IMG/VR virus record: IMGVR_UViG_3300025000_000089
DNA: 20,000 nt
Strand: one strand, 5' to 3'
DNA from: an uncultured virus (IMG/VR IMGVR_UViG_3300025000_000089)
Taxonomy: Duplodnaviria; Heunggongvirae; Uroviricota; Caudoviricetes
The notes beneath the pieces were generated by a model that had not been told where the DNA came from, ran no database searches, and was given only the letters and a program-made list of their open reading frames with translations. The first letter of the stretch is position 1; each line of letters opens with the position of its first letter. The translations under genes were made by a program, and so were the position numbers. Positions 6,997 to 13,697 of the stretch are shown in pieces.

Positions 6997-7209
6997 ATGA
7001 CCATGAGGGGAACGAAAGCCAAGGCACTGAGGAGAAGCATCTACAAAGGGAAATCGACCAGGGCGAAGACGTACCAGATGGGGCACGAACCGCAGCCGTA
7101 CACCAACATGCGGAAAACCGCGATGGGTACGTGGGTAGGCACGCCCAACCCCACGTGCATCTGCACCGGACTCAGGCGCGCATATCAGGACGCAAAGTCG
7201 GCGCGATAA
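6997..7209 (+). CDS. Small basic hypothetical protein
   Basis: AGGAG RBS and Lys/Arg-rich sequence. Confidence 0.6.
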   Translation: MTMRGTKAKALRRSIYKGKSTRAKTYQMGHEPQPYTNMRKTAMGTWVGTPNPTCICTGLRRAYQDAKSAR

Positions 7210-7259
7210 GAAAAAGCCTCTGCCGCAAACAGAGGCCCAAACAGCAGACAGGGGAAATC

Positions 7260-7586
7260 ATGACAAAGAAAATGGTGGAAGTCAAGAGGATGACGTTTAC
7301 AGAGGCGAGTGAGAAGCTGTCTGGCATCGCGGGGAGAGAGTATCACGCTATCAAGTTCGAGCTCACCCGCAGCCCTGGCGGATGCTTCGATAACGGCAGG
7401 GATCATAAAACGGAGTGCACGCTGTACATCAACGGCGGCAACCATATCACCGGGGCAGACTGGGAAGAGGCGTTTATGAAGCTCGAAAACCTTAAAGCCG
7501 ATCCCGCACCCGACCCGATGGAGATAGCCCCCACCGGCGACCCGACCGAGCGCGACGAGGCAACCGACGATGAACCCGACCACTAG
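7260..7586 (+). CDS. Hypothetical protein
   Basis: AGGGG RBS before ATG 7260. The longer 6849 start overlaps other genes and is unlikely. Confidence 0.65.
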   Translation: MTKKMVEVKRMTFTEASEKLSGIAGREYHAIKFELTRSPGGCFDNGRDHKTECTLYINGGNHITGADWEEAFMKLENLKADPAPDPMEIAPTGDPTERDEATDDEPDH

Positions 7587-7713
7587 CATCACCATCGGCA
7601 CCATCGAGATATCAGCCATCAACCGCCGCCTCTGGCTATACGACCGCGCCGTAGGGATCGGGCGATTCGTGGAACTGGCAGAGGTTAGGCGAATATTGGA
7701 GGGAAAACAGTGA
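7570..7713 (+). CDS. Hypothetical microprotein (47 aa)
   Basis: Fills the gap and ends in a GTGA overlap with the Gp157 start. Confidence 0.5.
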   Translation: MNPTTSITIGTIEISAINRRLWLYDRAVGIGRFVELAEVRRILEGKQ

Positions 7714-8189
7714 ACTTACGGGAAATGACCGCAGATTTTGCCGCGTACATGAACGCGGAGACGGACGAAGAGATAGCCGCCGCGCTTGCCGACATCACCG
7801 CTGGACAGATCGAAGAGAAGGCCGAAAACTACTGCTGGTTTCTGCGCGACCTTGCCGGAGACATCGAGAAGTTCAAGACCGAAGAGTCGCGGCTGTCGGC
7901 GGCACGGAAGGCGATGGAGAACAAGCAGAAGCGGGTGAAGGAGTACATGCTCTCCGCGCTGGAATCCGCTGGCATCGCCAAGCTGGCCGCTGGCACGTTC
8001 AAAGTGAGCATCCAGGCGAATCCGCCCGCGCTCGACGTGATCGACGCATCATTAACCCCTGCCGAGTACAAGGTGATCATTCCGGCGCGGGAGGAGGCAG
8101 ACACGGCGCGGATAAAGGAGGTGCTGAAAAATGGCGGAGAAGTCGAAGGATACCAACTCACCAGGGGCAGTTCCCTCCGAATCCGATGA
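7710..8189 (+). CDS. Siphovirus Gp157 family protein
   Basis: IEEKAENY..., KTEESRLSAARKAMENK...KEYM, AGTFKVSIQANPPAL, IKEVLKNGGEVEGYQLTRGSSLRIR. Confidence 0.9.
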   Translation: MNLREMTADFAAYMNAETDEEIAAALADITAGQIEEKAENYCWFLRDLAGDIEKFKTEESRLSAARKAMENKQKRVKEYMLSALESAGIAKLAAGTFKVSIQANPPALDVIDASLTPAEYKVIIPAREEADTARIKEVLKNGGEVEGYQLTRGSSLRIR

Positions 8190-8259
8190 CCGGCTAGAGA
8201 ACCACGACGAGCGCAGGAAGTGGAGGCGGCATAGGGTGGATGAGGACTAGGGGGAGTCA

Positions 8260-8937
8260 ATGAGCGACAAAATAGAAGTGTACAAGGCAATAGTGGCTGT
8301 TCAGGCAGCACTCGCCAAAGAGGGCATCAGCAAAGACCGCACTTGCACACAGGGCGCGTCCTACAAGTTCCGTGGCATTGACGATGTTTACAACGCTCTC
8401 GCCCCGTTTCTCGCAGATGCGAATCTCTGCGTACTCCCCCGCATGTTGGGGCGCGACTGCGTAGAGCGACAGAGCAAACAGGGAGGGGCGCTGTTTTACA
8501 CCACCGTCACCGCCGAGTTTGACTTTGTGAGCGCCATCGACGGTAGCAAGCACACCGTAGGCCCGATGTACGGCGAGGCAATGGACAGCGGCGATAAAGG
8601 GACCAACAAGGCAATGTCTGCGGCTTACAAATACGCTGCATTCCAAGCCTTCTGCATCCCGACTGAGGGCGATAACGACAGCGAAAACTCAACGCACGAA
8701 GTGAAGCCACAGAGACAGCCCCAGCGCCCCGCGCAGCAGCCGCCCAAGCCCGCGCCTCCCGCCGATTCCGCGCTTATCTCCGACGCGCAGCGGAAAATGA
8801 TCTTTGCGAAAATGAAGGCGGCAGGGCTGGAGCCGGAGACGCTGAAGGCGGCGTTTAAGGTGGAGAGCTCGTCGCAGATCAAAAAGGCGCAGGTTGAGGA
8901 CGTGCTGGCATGGATTGACGGACAGGCGCAGAGCTAA
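8260..8937 (+). CDS. erf: ERF-family single-strand annealing recombinase
   Basis: YKFRGIDDVYNAL, GEAMDSGDKGTNKAMSAAYKYAAFQAFCIPTEGDND, then a Pro/Gln linker and an ISDAQRK C-terminal domain. Confidence 0.92.
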   Translation: MSDKIEVYKAIVAVQAALAKEGISKDRTCTQGASYKFRGIDDVYNALAPFLADANLCVLPRMLGRDCVERQSKQGGALFYTTVTAEFDFVSAIDGSKHTVGPMYGEAMDSGDKGTNKAMSAAYKYAAFQAFCIPTEGDNDSENSTHEVKPQRQPQRPAQQPPKPAPPADSALISDAQRKMIFAKMKAAGLEPETLKAAFKVESSSQIKKAQVEDVLAWIDGQAQS

Positions 8938-8965
8938 CGGCGGGCGATGGTCCGCAGGAGGGGTG

Positions 8966-9295
8966 ATGGACATACCAGAGATAACAGAAGAAACCGTGGC
9001 AAGGTTGCGCGAGCAGTACCGCACTGAGCCGCTGACACCGGAGGATGTGGCTTGTTACCGCGTCAACTACGATGTCGCAGTATGGGCGCGGTCGGAGTGC
9101 AGTAACAGCATACCTTTTGGCGCGGTGCTGGCTATCGAGCGGCTGTGCTGCGAGGTGGAGCGGCTGAGCGCCAAATCCGCCCGCAGCAGGCATGAAGGCC
9201 GCATGGAAGCACTCAACGCTGTCTTTCAGATTAACGGACCGTCGCGGGCTATTGCGCGGCTTACAGAGAAGTACGCAGCAGAGTTGAAGCTGTGA
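8966..9295 (+). CDS. Hypothetical protein
   Basis: AGGAGGGG RBS and GTGA coupling downstream. Confidence 0.65.
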   Translation: MDIPEITEETVARLREQYRTEPLTPEDVACYRVNYDVAVWARSECSNSIPFGAVLAIERLCCEVERLSAKSARSRHEGRMEALNAVFQINGPSRAIARLTEKYAAELKL

Positions 9296-9690
9296 GGATG
9301 ACCGAAGAGCAATACGTCGCACTTCTCGGCAAGCGGGCAGAACATCCAGCACCGAAGCCGTCGAAGTACCGCAACAAGAAGGTAGTCACCGATGAGGGAA
9401 CGTTTGACAGCCGACACGAATACAACGTGTGGTGCCAACGGAAGATGGAACAGTCTGCGGGCGTCATATCGGGCCTACAGCGGCAAGTAAGTTACGAGCT
9501 GATACCTTCGGCCAACCTCGACGGTCGGAAGCTGCCAGCGGTGCGCTACGTGGCCGATTTCGTCTACCTGCGCGACGGGGAGACGGTAGTGGAAGATGCG
9601 AAGGGCATGGCGTCATTGCCGGACTTCAAAATCAAGCGGCGGCTCATGTGGTGGCTGCATGGAATCAGGGTGATAGAGACGAGGAAATAG
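9292..9690 (+). CDS. DUF1064-family PD-(D/E)xK nuclease (probable resolvase-like)
   Basis: SKYRNKKV..DEGTFDSRHE, LQRQVSYEL, YVADFVY...VVEDAKG. Confidence 0.9.
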   Translation: MRMTEEQYVALLGKRAEHPAPKPSKYRNKKVVTDEGTFDSRHEYNVWCQRKMEQSAGVISGLQRQVSYELIPSANLDGRKLPAVRYVADFVYLRDGETVVEDAKGMASLPDFKIKRRLMWWLHGIRVIETRK

Positions 9691-9785
9691 CTACCAGGGG
9701 CCAACACCTCTCGCCGTCGTTGCGGCCCCTGCTACAACCGCCCTTTGGGGATTGGCTCCACTGGGCGGTAAGTTCTTAATATCTC

Positions 9786-9829
9786 TTGCACTAATTACGG
9801 TTTTTGTATATAGTACGCAGAAGCCGTAA
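9786..9829 (+). promoter_or_regulatory. Promoter for the HNH gene with an inverted repeat centred on the -10 box
   Basis: TTGCAC (9786-9791), 17 nt, TATAGT (9809-9814). Imperfect inverted repeat TTACGGTTTTTG / CAGAAGCCGTAA at 9795-9829. Confidence 0.6.
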
Positions 9830-9849
9830 CTAACGCAAAGGAGATATGC

Positions 9850-10257
9850 ATGGTCAAAGAGCGCAAGAAGACGAAGCAGGGGTATCTCAGATACGAGAAA
9901 GACAGTACTGGGCGGTTGAGGATGCAGCATAACATTGTGTGGGAACAGCACCATGGACCCATCCCGCTAGGTATGCAGATTCACCACAAGGATCTTGATC
10001 GTGCAAACAATGACATCTTGAACCTTCAACTTGTCACCCCATTGGAGCACAAGCGGCTACACTCCGGTTGTCGCATCGTAAACGGAGAGTGGGAAAAACC
10101 CTGTAAGACTTGCGGAGAGTTCAAGCCGTGCACCGAAGAGCATTGGTATTTCTCCCGCGGCACAATCAATGGAAAAATCTGCAAAAAGTGTTTCATACAG
10201 AAAAGCCTAGATGTGCGCAAGCAACTTATAGCCAAAGGCTGGAAGCGCAAGTATTGA
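9850..10257 (+). CDS. HNH endonuclease (HNH_3-like) with C-terminal zinc finger
   Basis: HNIVWEQHHGPIPLGMQIHHKDLDRANNDILNLQLVT..EH, then CKTC...CKKC. AAGGAG RBS. Confidence 0.9.
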   Translation: MVKERKKTKQGYLRYEKDSTGRLRMQHNIVWEQHHGPIPLGMQIHHKDLDRANNDILNLQLVTPLEHKRLHSGCRIVNGEWEKPCKTCGEFKPCTEEHWYFSRGTINGKICKKCFIQKSLDVRKQLIAKGWKRKY

Positions 10258-10288
10258 GCAACTAAAACTTTCGCTCTAGGAGGCACCA

Positions 10289-10462
10289 ATGACCCCGCAA
10301 GAGCGCGCAGAAGCCCACTGGAACGGCTACGTCGGCCCGCTGATGGAAGTGATGCTGAAATCCATGCTGGACGTGTGCCGCTTCCATTACATCAGCAGCC
10401 ATGTACACGGCAGCAAGCACGGAGTTGAGGACGAGCAGGAGCGGGCGAAGTGTCCAAAGTAA
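10289..10462 (+). CDS. Hypothetical protein (57 aa), absent from the ORF track
   Basis: AGGAGG RBS. MTPQERAEAHWNGYVGPLMEVMLKSML... Confidence 0.6.
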   Translation: MTPQERAEAHWNGYVGPLMEVMLKSMLDVCRFHYISSHVHGSKHGVEDEQERAKCPK

Positions 10463-10644
10463 CCGGCACATGGCACCCGCCCCAATGCGGCGAGTGTAAA
10501 TCCCCCGCCACTCCGCGCACCGTCCTTATCTGGAGCGGCGGCAGTGGACGGGACAGCAAAATGATATGTGGTGACTGCCAGGATAGGCAATGGAGGTTGA
10601 GAGATGGGAAAAGATGTGAGAATGAGGATGGCGCGGGTATCTGA
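10450..10644 (+). CDS. Small zinc-finger protein
   Basis: CGEC...CGDC, with an AGGAG RBS. Confidence 0.55.
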   Translation: MSKVTGTWHPPQCGECKSPATPRTVLIWSGGSGRDSKMICGDCQDRQWRLRDGKRCENEDGAGI

Positions 10645-10655
10645 GGAGGTGGCTA

Positions 10656-11027
10656 ATGGGTAAGGAAGCCCGCGCAAAACTAGCAGCACCTGAGACCATG
10701 CTCCCCCGCGCAGACGTGCCGGTTATCGCGATGCTGGCGCTGATGGACGCGCTACTGGTTGACATGGAGAGGACGGCGCATACAGTCACCGAAAGCAGCA
10801 GGTTGCGAGAACATCGCGCACGGCTGAGAGCGTCGATGCGGAAGGACGTGGAGAGGTACAACGGAACGTTCGCCGGCAGAGTTACGGATGAGCTCATCCA
10901 GAAATGCGACCGCTACCTCTGCCGCGTTCAGGATGCCATGGATACCTTTTTTGAAAACATCACACCGGAAGACTTGGCAGAAATGGAGCGCGTCAAAGCG
11001 AACTGGCCGCAGCACAAAGACAATTAA
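10656..11027 (+). CDS. Hypothetical helical protein
   Basis: GAGGAGGT RBS and a long open frame. Confidence 0.7.
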   Translation: MGKEARAKLAAPETMLPRADVPVIAMLALMDALLVDMERTAHTVTESSRLREHRARLRASMRKDVERYNGTFAGRVTDELIQKCDRYLCRVQDAMDTFFENITPEDLAEMERVKANWPQHKDN

Positions 11028-11072
11028 CCATCCTCTGCCCTGTGCGGTCTGGGGATATTTGGGGAGGGGAAG

Positions 11073-11201
11073 ATGGATTGTCCTAACGGTCACGGTGAAA
11101 TGGAATGGGCGCGGCAGTACATAGAAGCAGGCAGATACGGCGTGATGGTAGAGGTCTGGATTTGTCAAGAGTGCCAGTATTCACACGCGCAGGTTGCCTA
11201 A
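11073..11201 (+). CDS. Zinc-ribbon microprotein (42 aa), absent from the ORF track
   Basis: MDCPNGHGEM...VEVWICQECQYSH, with a GGGAGGGG RBS. Confidence 0.6.
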   Translation: MDCPNGHGEMEWARQYIEAGRYGVMVEVWICQECQYSHAQVA

Positions 11202-11237
11202 CCCGCCCCCTGTGGCGGCTACGTGAGGGAGGGGAAG

Positions 11238-11558
11238 ATGGGAGTGAGGGACGCGGGATATATCAGCAGGATGCTCATAGAGGCATCCAACCACCATAGC
11301 GGGCTCACGGCGGAGCTAATGGAGGGTGCAGCATCAGAGATAGACTTGTTGGTGGATGAAAAGGCCGATTTGCAAGCCGAGATCTCCCGCCTCACCCTCT
11401 CCGCAGCCGAATCGCAGCGGGAGGAATGGAGGGACGGGGCGGCTGACTTTGCTTGCCACCTCATCAACAACTGTGAATTGGAGACGATCACTGAAGAGTT
11501 TATCCGTCAAGCGCTGATGGACTTCGCAAAAGCGGCAGAGGCGGTGCACCATGAGTAA
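11238..11558 (+). CDS. Hypothetical coiled-coil protein
   Basis: GGGAGGGG RBS and the heptad-like LMEGAASEIDLLVDEKADLQAEISRL. Confidence 0.65.
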   Translation: MGVRDAGYISRMLIEASNHHSGLTAELMEGAASEIDLLVDEKADLQAEISRLTLSAAESQREEWRDGAADFACHLINNCELETITEEFIRQALMDFAKAAEAVHHE

Positions 11559-11664
11559 ACCGGGGTTCCTCCTCAAATTCATAGCCGAGTGCGTAGCTTT
11601 TGCCGTCACTGGCTCCGCTTGCAACACTCCCAAGAAGAAGAAAAAGAAGGAGGGGAAGAAGTGA
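11551..11664 (+). CDS. Microprotein with hydrophobic N-terminus and poly-Lys tail (37 aa)
   Basis: MSKPGFLLKFIAECVAFAVTGSACNTPKKKKKKEGKK, overlapping both neighbours. Confidence 0.45.
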   Translation: MSKPGFLLKFIAECVAFAVTGSACNTPKKKKKKEGKK

Positions 11665-11843
11665 GCGCACCCTGTCCCAAATGCCAAGGCAGCGGCAAAG
11701 ACCTGACGAAAATGGCCATCCGCGCCAAAGTTCCTAACACCCTCCCCGGCCTGCCGCGCTACAAGCTGGTATCGCCGTTGTGCGACCTCTGCGGCGGGAG
11801 TGGGGAGCGGGAGGAAATTGGCCTGACCAGCAGCCAAGCGTAG
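11661..11843 (+). CDS. DnaJ-type CxxCxGxG zinc-finger microprotein
   Basis: CPKCQGSG...CDLCGGSG. GGAGGGG RBS before GTG. Confidence 0.65.
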   Translation: MSAPCPKCQGSGKDLTKMAIRAKVPNTLPGLPRYKLVSPLCDLCGGSGEREEIGLTSSQA

Positions 11844-11852
11844 GAGACTGAC

Positions 11853-11969
11853 ATGATATGTGAAGACTGTCGTTATAAGTGGGATAAATCGCAAGCTATG
11901 GGATGGTGTCACTGGTCGTTTACAAGGCCGAAAAAAAGACACTGTGTCAATTTTGTGTCGTGCGATTGA
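11853..11969 (+). CDS. Cys-rich microprotein (38 aa), absent from the ORF track
   Basis: MICEDCRYKWDKSQAMGWCHWSFTRPKKRHCVNFVSCD, with an AGGAG RBS. Confidence 0.55.
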   Translation: MICEDCRYKWDKSQAMGWCHWSFTRPKKRHCVNFVSCD

Positions 11970-11999
11970 CCGCACTTGTGCAGTGTGCAGGAGACTGAC

Positions 12000-12569
12000 A
12001 TGAAATGCATTGATTGTGGAGCGGAGACAGGTAGCAACAGGCGCAAAAGGTGCGACCCCTGCCGCGATATAAGGGAAACCGAAAAGATCAAAGAGACCAA
12101 CCGGCGGCACTCGATCAAGAAAACCGCCGAGCGCCAAGCGAACCCGCGTAAGTGCATCGTCTGCGGCGAGCCTACGGAGCATTCCCGCGTAAAGTACTGC
12201 GCACCGTGTCGCATTGCAGCAGCGCAGGCGCGGGAGGAGAGCAGGACCAAGCGCGTCGCCGTGGCACGCATCGGCACAGAGGAGCGCAGGAAGCGGCAGA
12301 GGGAGGCAGAGGATGAAATCCTCATCAAGCCTGCAAAGCCCTGGAAGCGGAAGCCGAAGCCCGCGCCGATCATGACCAATGAAGAGCAGAAGAGGCACGA
12401 CGAAGAACTGGAAAAGCGGCTGTCGGAGGAGTGCGGATATAATCGCAGCGATCCGCGCTCACTGTCAAAGGAAGAGATTGCGGCGCTGTTGCCCACTCTC
12501 ATCCGTGAACCGCAACAGCAAAGCTATGTCGGCTACTGTGACAGGATGATGACAGAAGGGTGGAGTTGA
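12000..12569 (+). CDS. Basic protein with two tandem C4 zinc fingers
   Basis: CIDCG..RCDPCR and CIVCG..YCAPCR. AGGAG RBS before ATG 12000. Confidence 0.7.
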   Translation: MKCIDCGAETGSNRRKRCDPCRDIRETEKIKETNRRHSIKKTAERQANPRKCIVCGEPTEHSRVKYCAPCRIAAAQAREESRTKRVAVARIGTEERRKRQREAEDEILIKPAKPWKRKPKPAPIMTNEEQKRHDEELEKRLSEECGYNRSDPRSLSKEEIAALLPTLIREPQQQSYVGYCDRMMTEGWS

Positions 12570-12610
12570 TAATACTAACCCGCGCTAATACCATTTCCAT
12601 TCACGTTACA

Positions 12611-12639
12611 TTGTGCTTGCGGCGGTCTAGTAGTATTAT
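12611..12639 (+). promoter_or_regulatory. Putative promoter of the replication operon
   Basis: TTGTGC (12611-12616), 17 nt, TATTAT (12634-12639). Confidence 0.5.
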
Positions 12640-12668
12640 GGTGGCAAATATTGAGCGGTTGACGAGCC

Positions 12669-12773
12669 TGTGGGGGGCGCGTAGACTATAAGCTTCGGTG
12701 TAGGGCGGATTGCGCCCGAACCCCTAACCCTCCCCGGTGCGCCCCACACGCCCGGTGGAGGGTTTTGTATTTT
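12669..12773 (+). ncRNA. Structured leader RNA / attenuator candidate
   Basis: Terminator-like stem AACCCTCC-CCGG...CCGG-T-GGAGGGTT plus TTGTATTTT (12726-12773). Competing pairing of TGTGGGGGGCGC (12669-12680) with GCGCCCCACA (12739-12748). Inner hairpin GGGCG-GATTG-CGCCC. Confidence 0.5.
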
Positions 12774-12797
12774 CAGTGATATGCAGGAGGTAGTGAA

Positions 12798-13697
12798 GTG
12801 GCGCGGCCTCAAAAAGCTACAGTGGATTATTTCCCTCATCAAGCAGAACACGGCGCAACTCTGTTTATCCTCCAAGACAAATGGGGGAATGACGGATTTG
12901 CAGCATGGTTCAAGATACTAGAGAGGCTTGCTGCATCAGATGGTCATTACATCGACTGCCGCAACCAAGGGGTGTGGCTGCACCTTGTAGCCTATACGAG
13001 AGTGGACACTCACACGCTAACTGAGATGCTCGACCTGCTCGCCGGACTGGGAAAGATTGACTCTGAATTATGGAAAGAGCGTGTCATTTTCTGTCAGCGT
13101 TTTGTCGATGGGATCACAGATGCATACCGTCGCCGCATTAATGCATTACCCTCCCGCGACAAGGTTATTGCCGTCACAAAGGTGGTTATTGCCGTCAATA
13201 TGCCGTCAGAAACTCCCACGAACGAGCAAACTGACGGCAGAAGTACAGAAAGGGAAAGGGAAAGGGAAAGGGAAAGGGAAAGAAAAGAAGAAGAAACCTT
13301 TTCTGCATCCTTCGATGCAGAGCAACCCGCCGAGCATGAATTTTACCTTACAGCCAAGAAGCGGAAACTGACCGGGGAGAGGCTGTCAACCTTTAACGAG
13401 TTCATGGACGCTTTCGGGGACAGGAGAGGCAAAGCACAGGCGGCGGATTCATGGCACGACCTCAAGCCATTCACCCGCTCGCTGTTCGCTGAAATCATGG
13501 CCGGGGCGAAACGGTACAACGAAAGCCGCGACAAGATGAAACAGGAGAACCGGACACCGAAGATGGCGCAGGGGTGGCTGACTGGTAGGAGATGGGAAGA
13601 CGAAGCCCTGGGTGATAGCGCCAAAAACGTTTTCTCCCCCGTAACGCAACAAGAAGCCGAACGACTCAGAAAGGCGATGGCAAAATATGACGACTGA
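12798..13697 (+). CDS. Phage replication initiator (DUF4373 / Lin1244-like N-terminus)
   Basis: MARPQKATVDYFPH...KWGNDGFAAWFKILE N-terminus, low-complexity linker, C-terminal GKAQAADSW..AQGWLTGRRWEDE. Directly upstream of dnaB. Confidence 0.85.
   Translation: MARPQKATVDYFPHQAEHGATLFILQDKWGNDGFAAWFKILERLAASDGHYIDCRNQGVWLHLVAYTRVDTHTLTEMLDLLAGLGKIDSELWKERVIFCQRFVDGITDAYRRRINALPSRDKVIAVTKVVIAVNMPSETPTNEQTDGRSTERERERERERERKEEETFSASFDAEQPAEHEFYLTAKKRKLTGERLSTFNEFMDAFGDRRGKAQAADSWHDLKPFTRSLFAEIMAGAKRYNESRDKMKQENRTPKMAQGWLTGRRWEDEALGDSAKNVFSPVTQQEAERLRKAMAKYDD
13163..13296. repeat. Iteron-like repeats plus (GAAAGG)5 purine tract, probable replication origin
   Basis: GGTTATTGCCGTCA at 13163 and 13184, TGCCGTCAG at 13201 and its inverse CTGACGGCA at 13231. 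Purine-only run 13247-13296. Confidence 0.7.

Noticed and set aside
6849..7259. N-terminal extension of the 245-aa ORF
   Set aside because: It overlaps two better-supported genes. The RBS-supported start is ATG 7260.
11334..12398. 354-aa minus-strand ORF (and 11909-12502)
   Set aside because: Antisense shadow of several RBS-supported plus-strand genes, with no recognisable motifs.
12650..12760. Possible tRNA in the structured intergenic region
   Set aside because: No T-loop GTTCRA consensus, no consistent cloverleaf and no CCA end could be built.
13248..13283. Hexamer repeats as a CRISPR array, or the KGKGKG alternate-frame ORF 13057-13371 as a gene
   Set aside because: There are no spacers. 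This is a simple tandem repeat within the initiator linker, and the alternate ORF lacks an RBS or other support.
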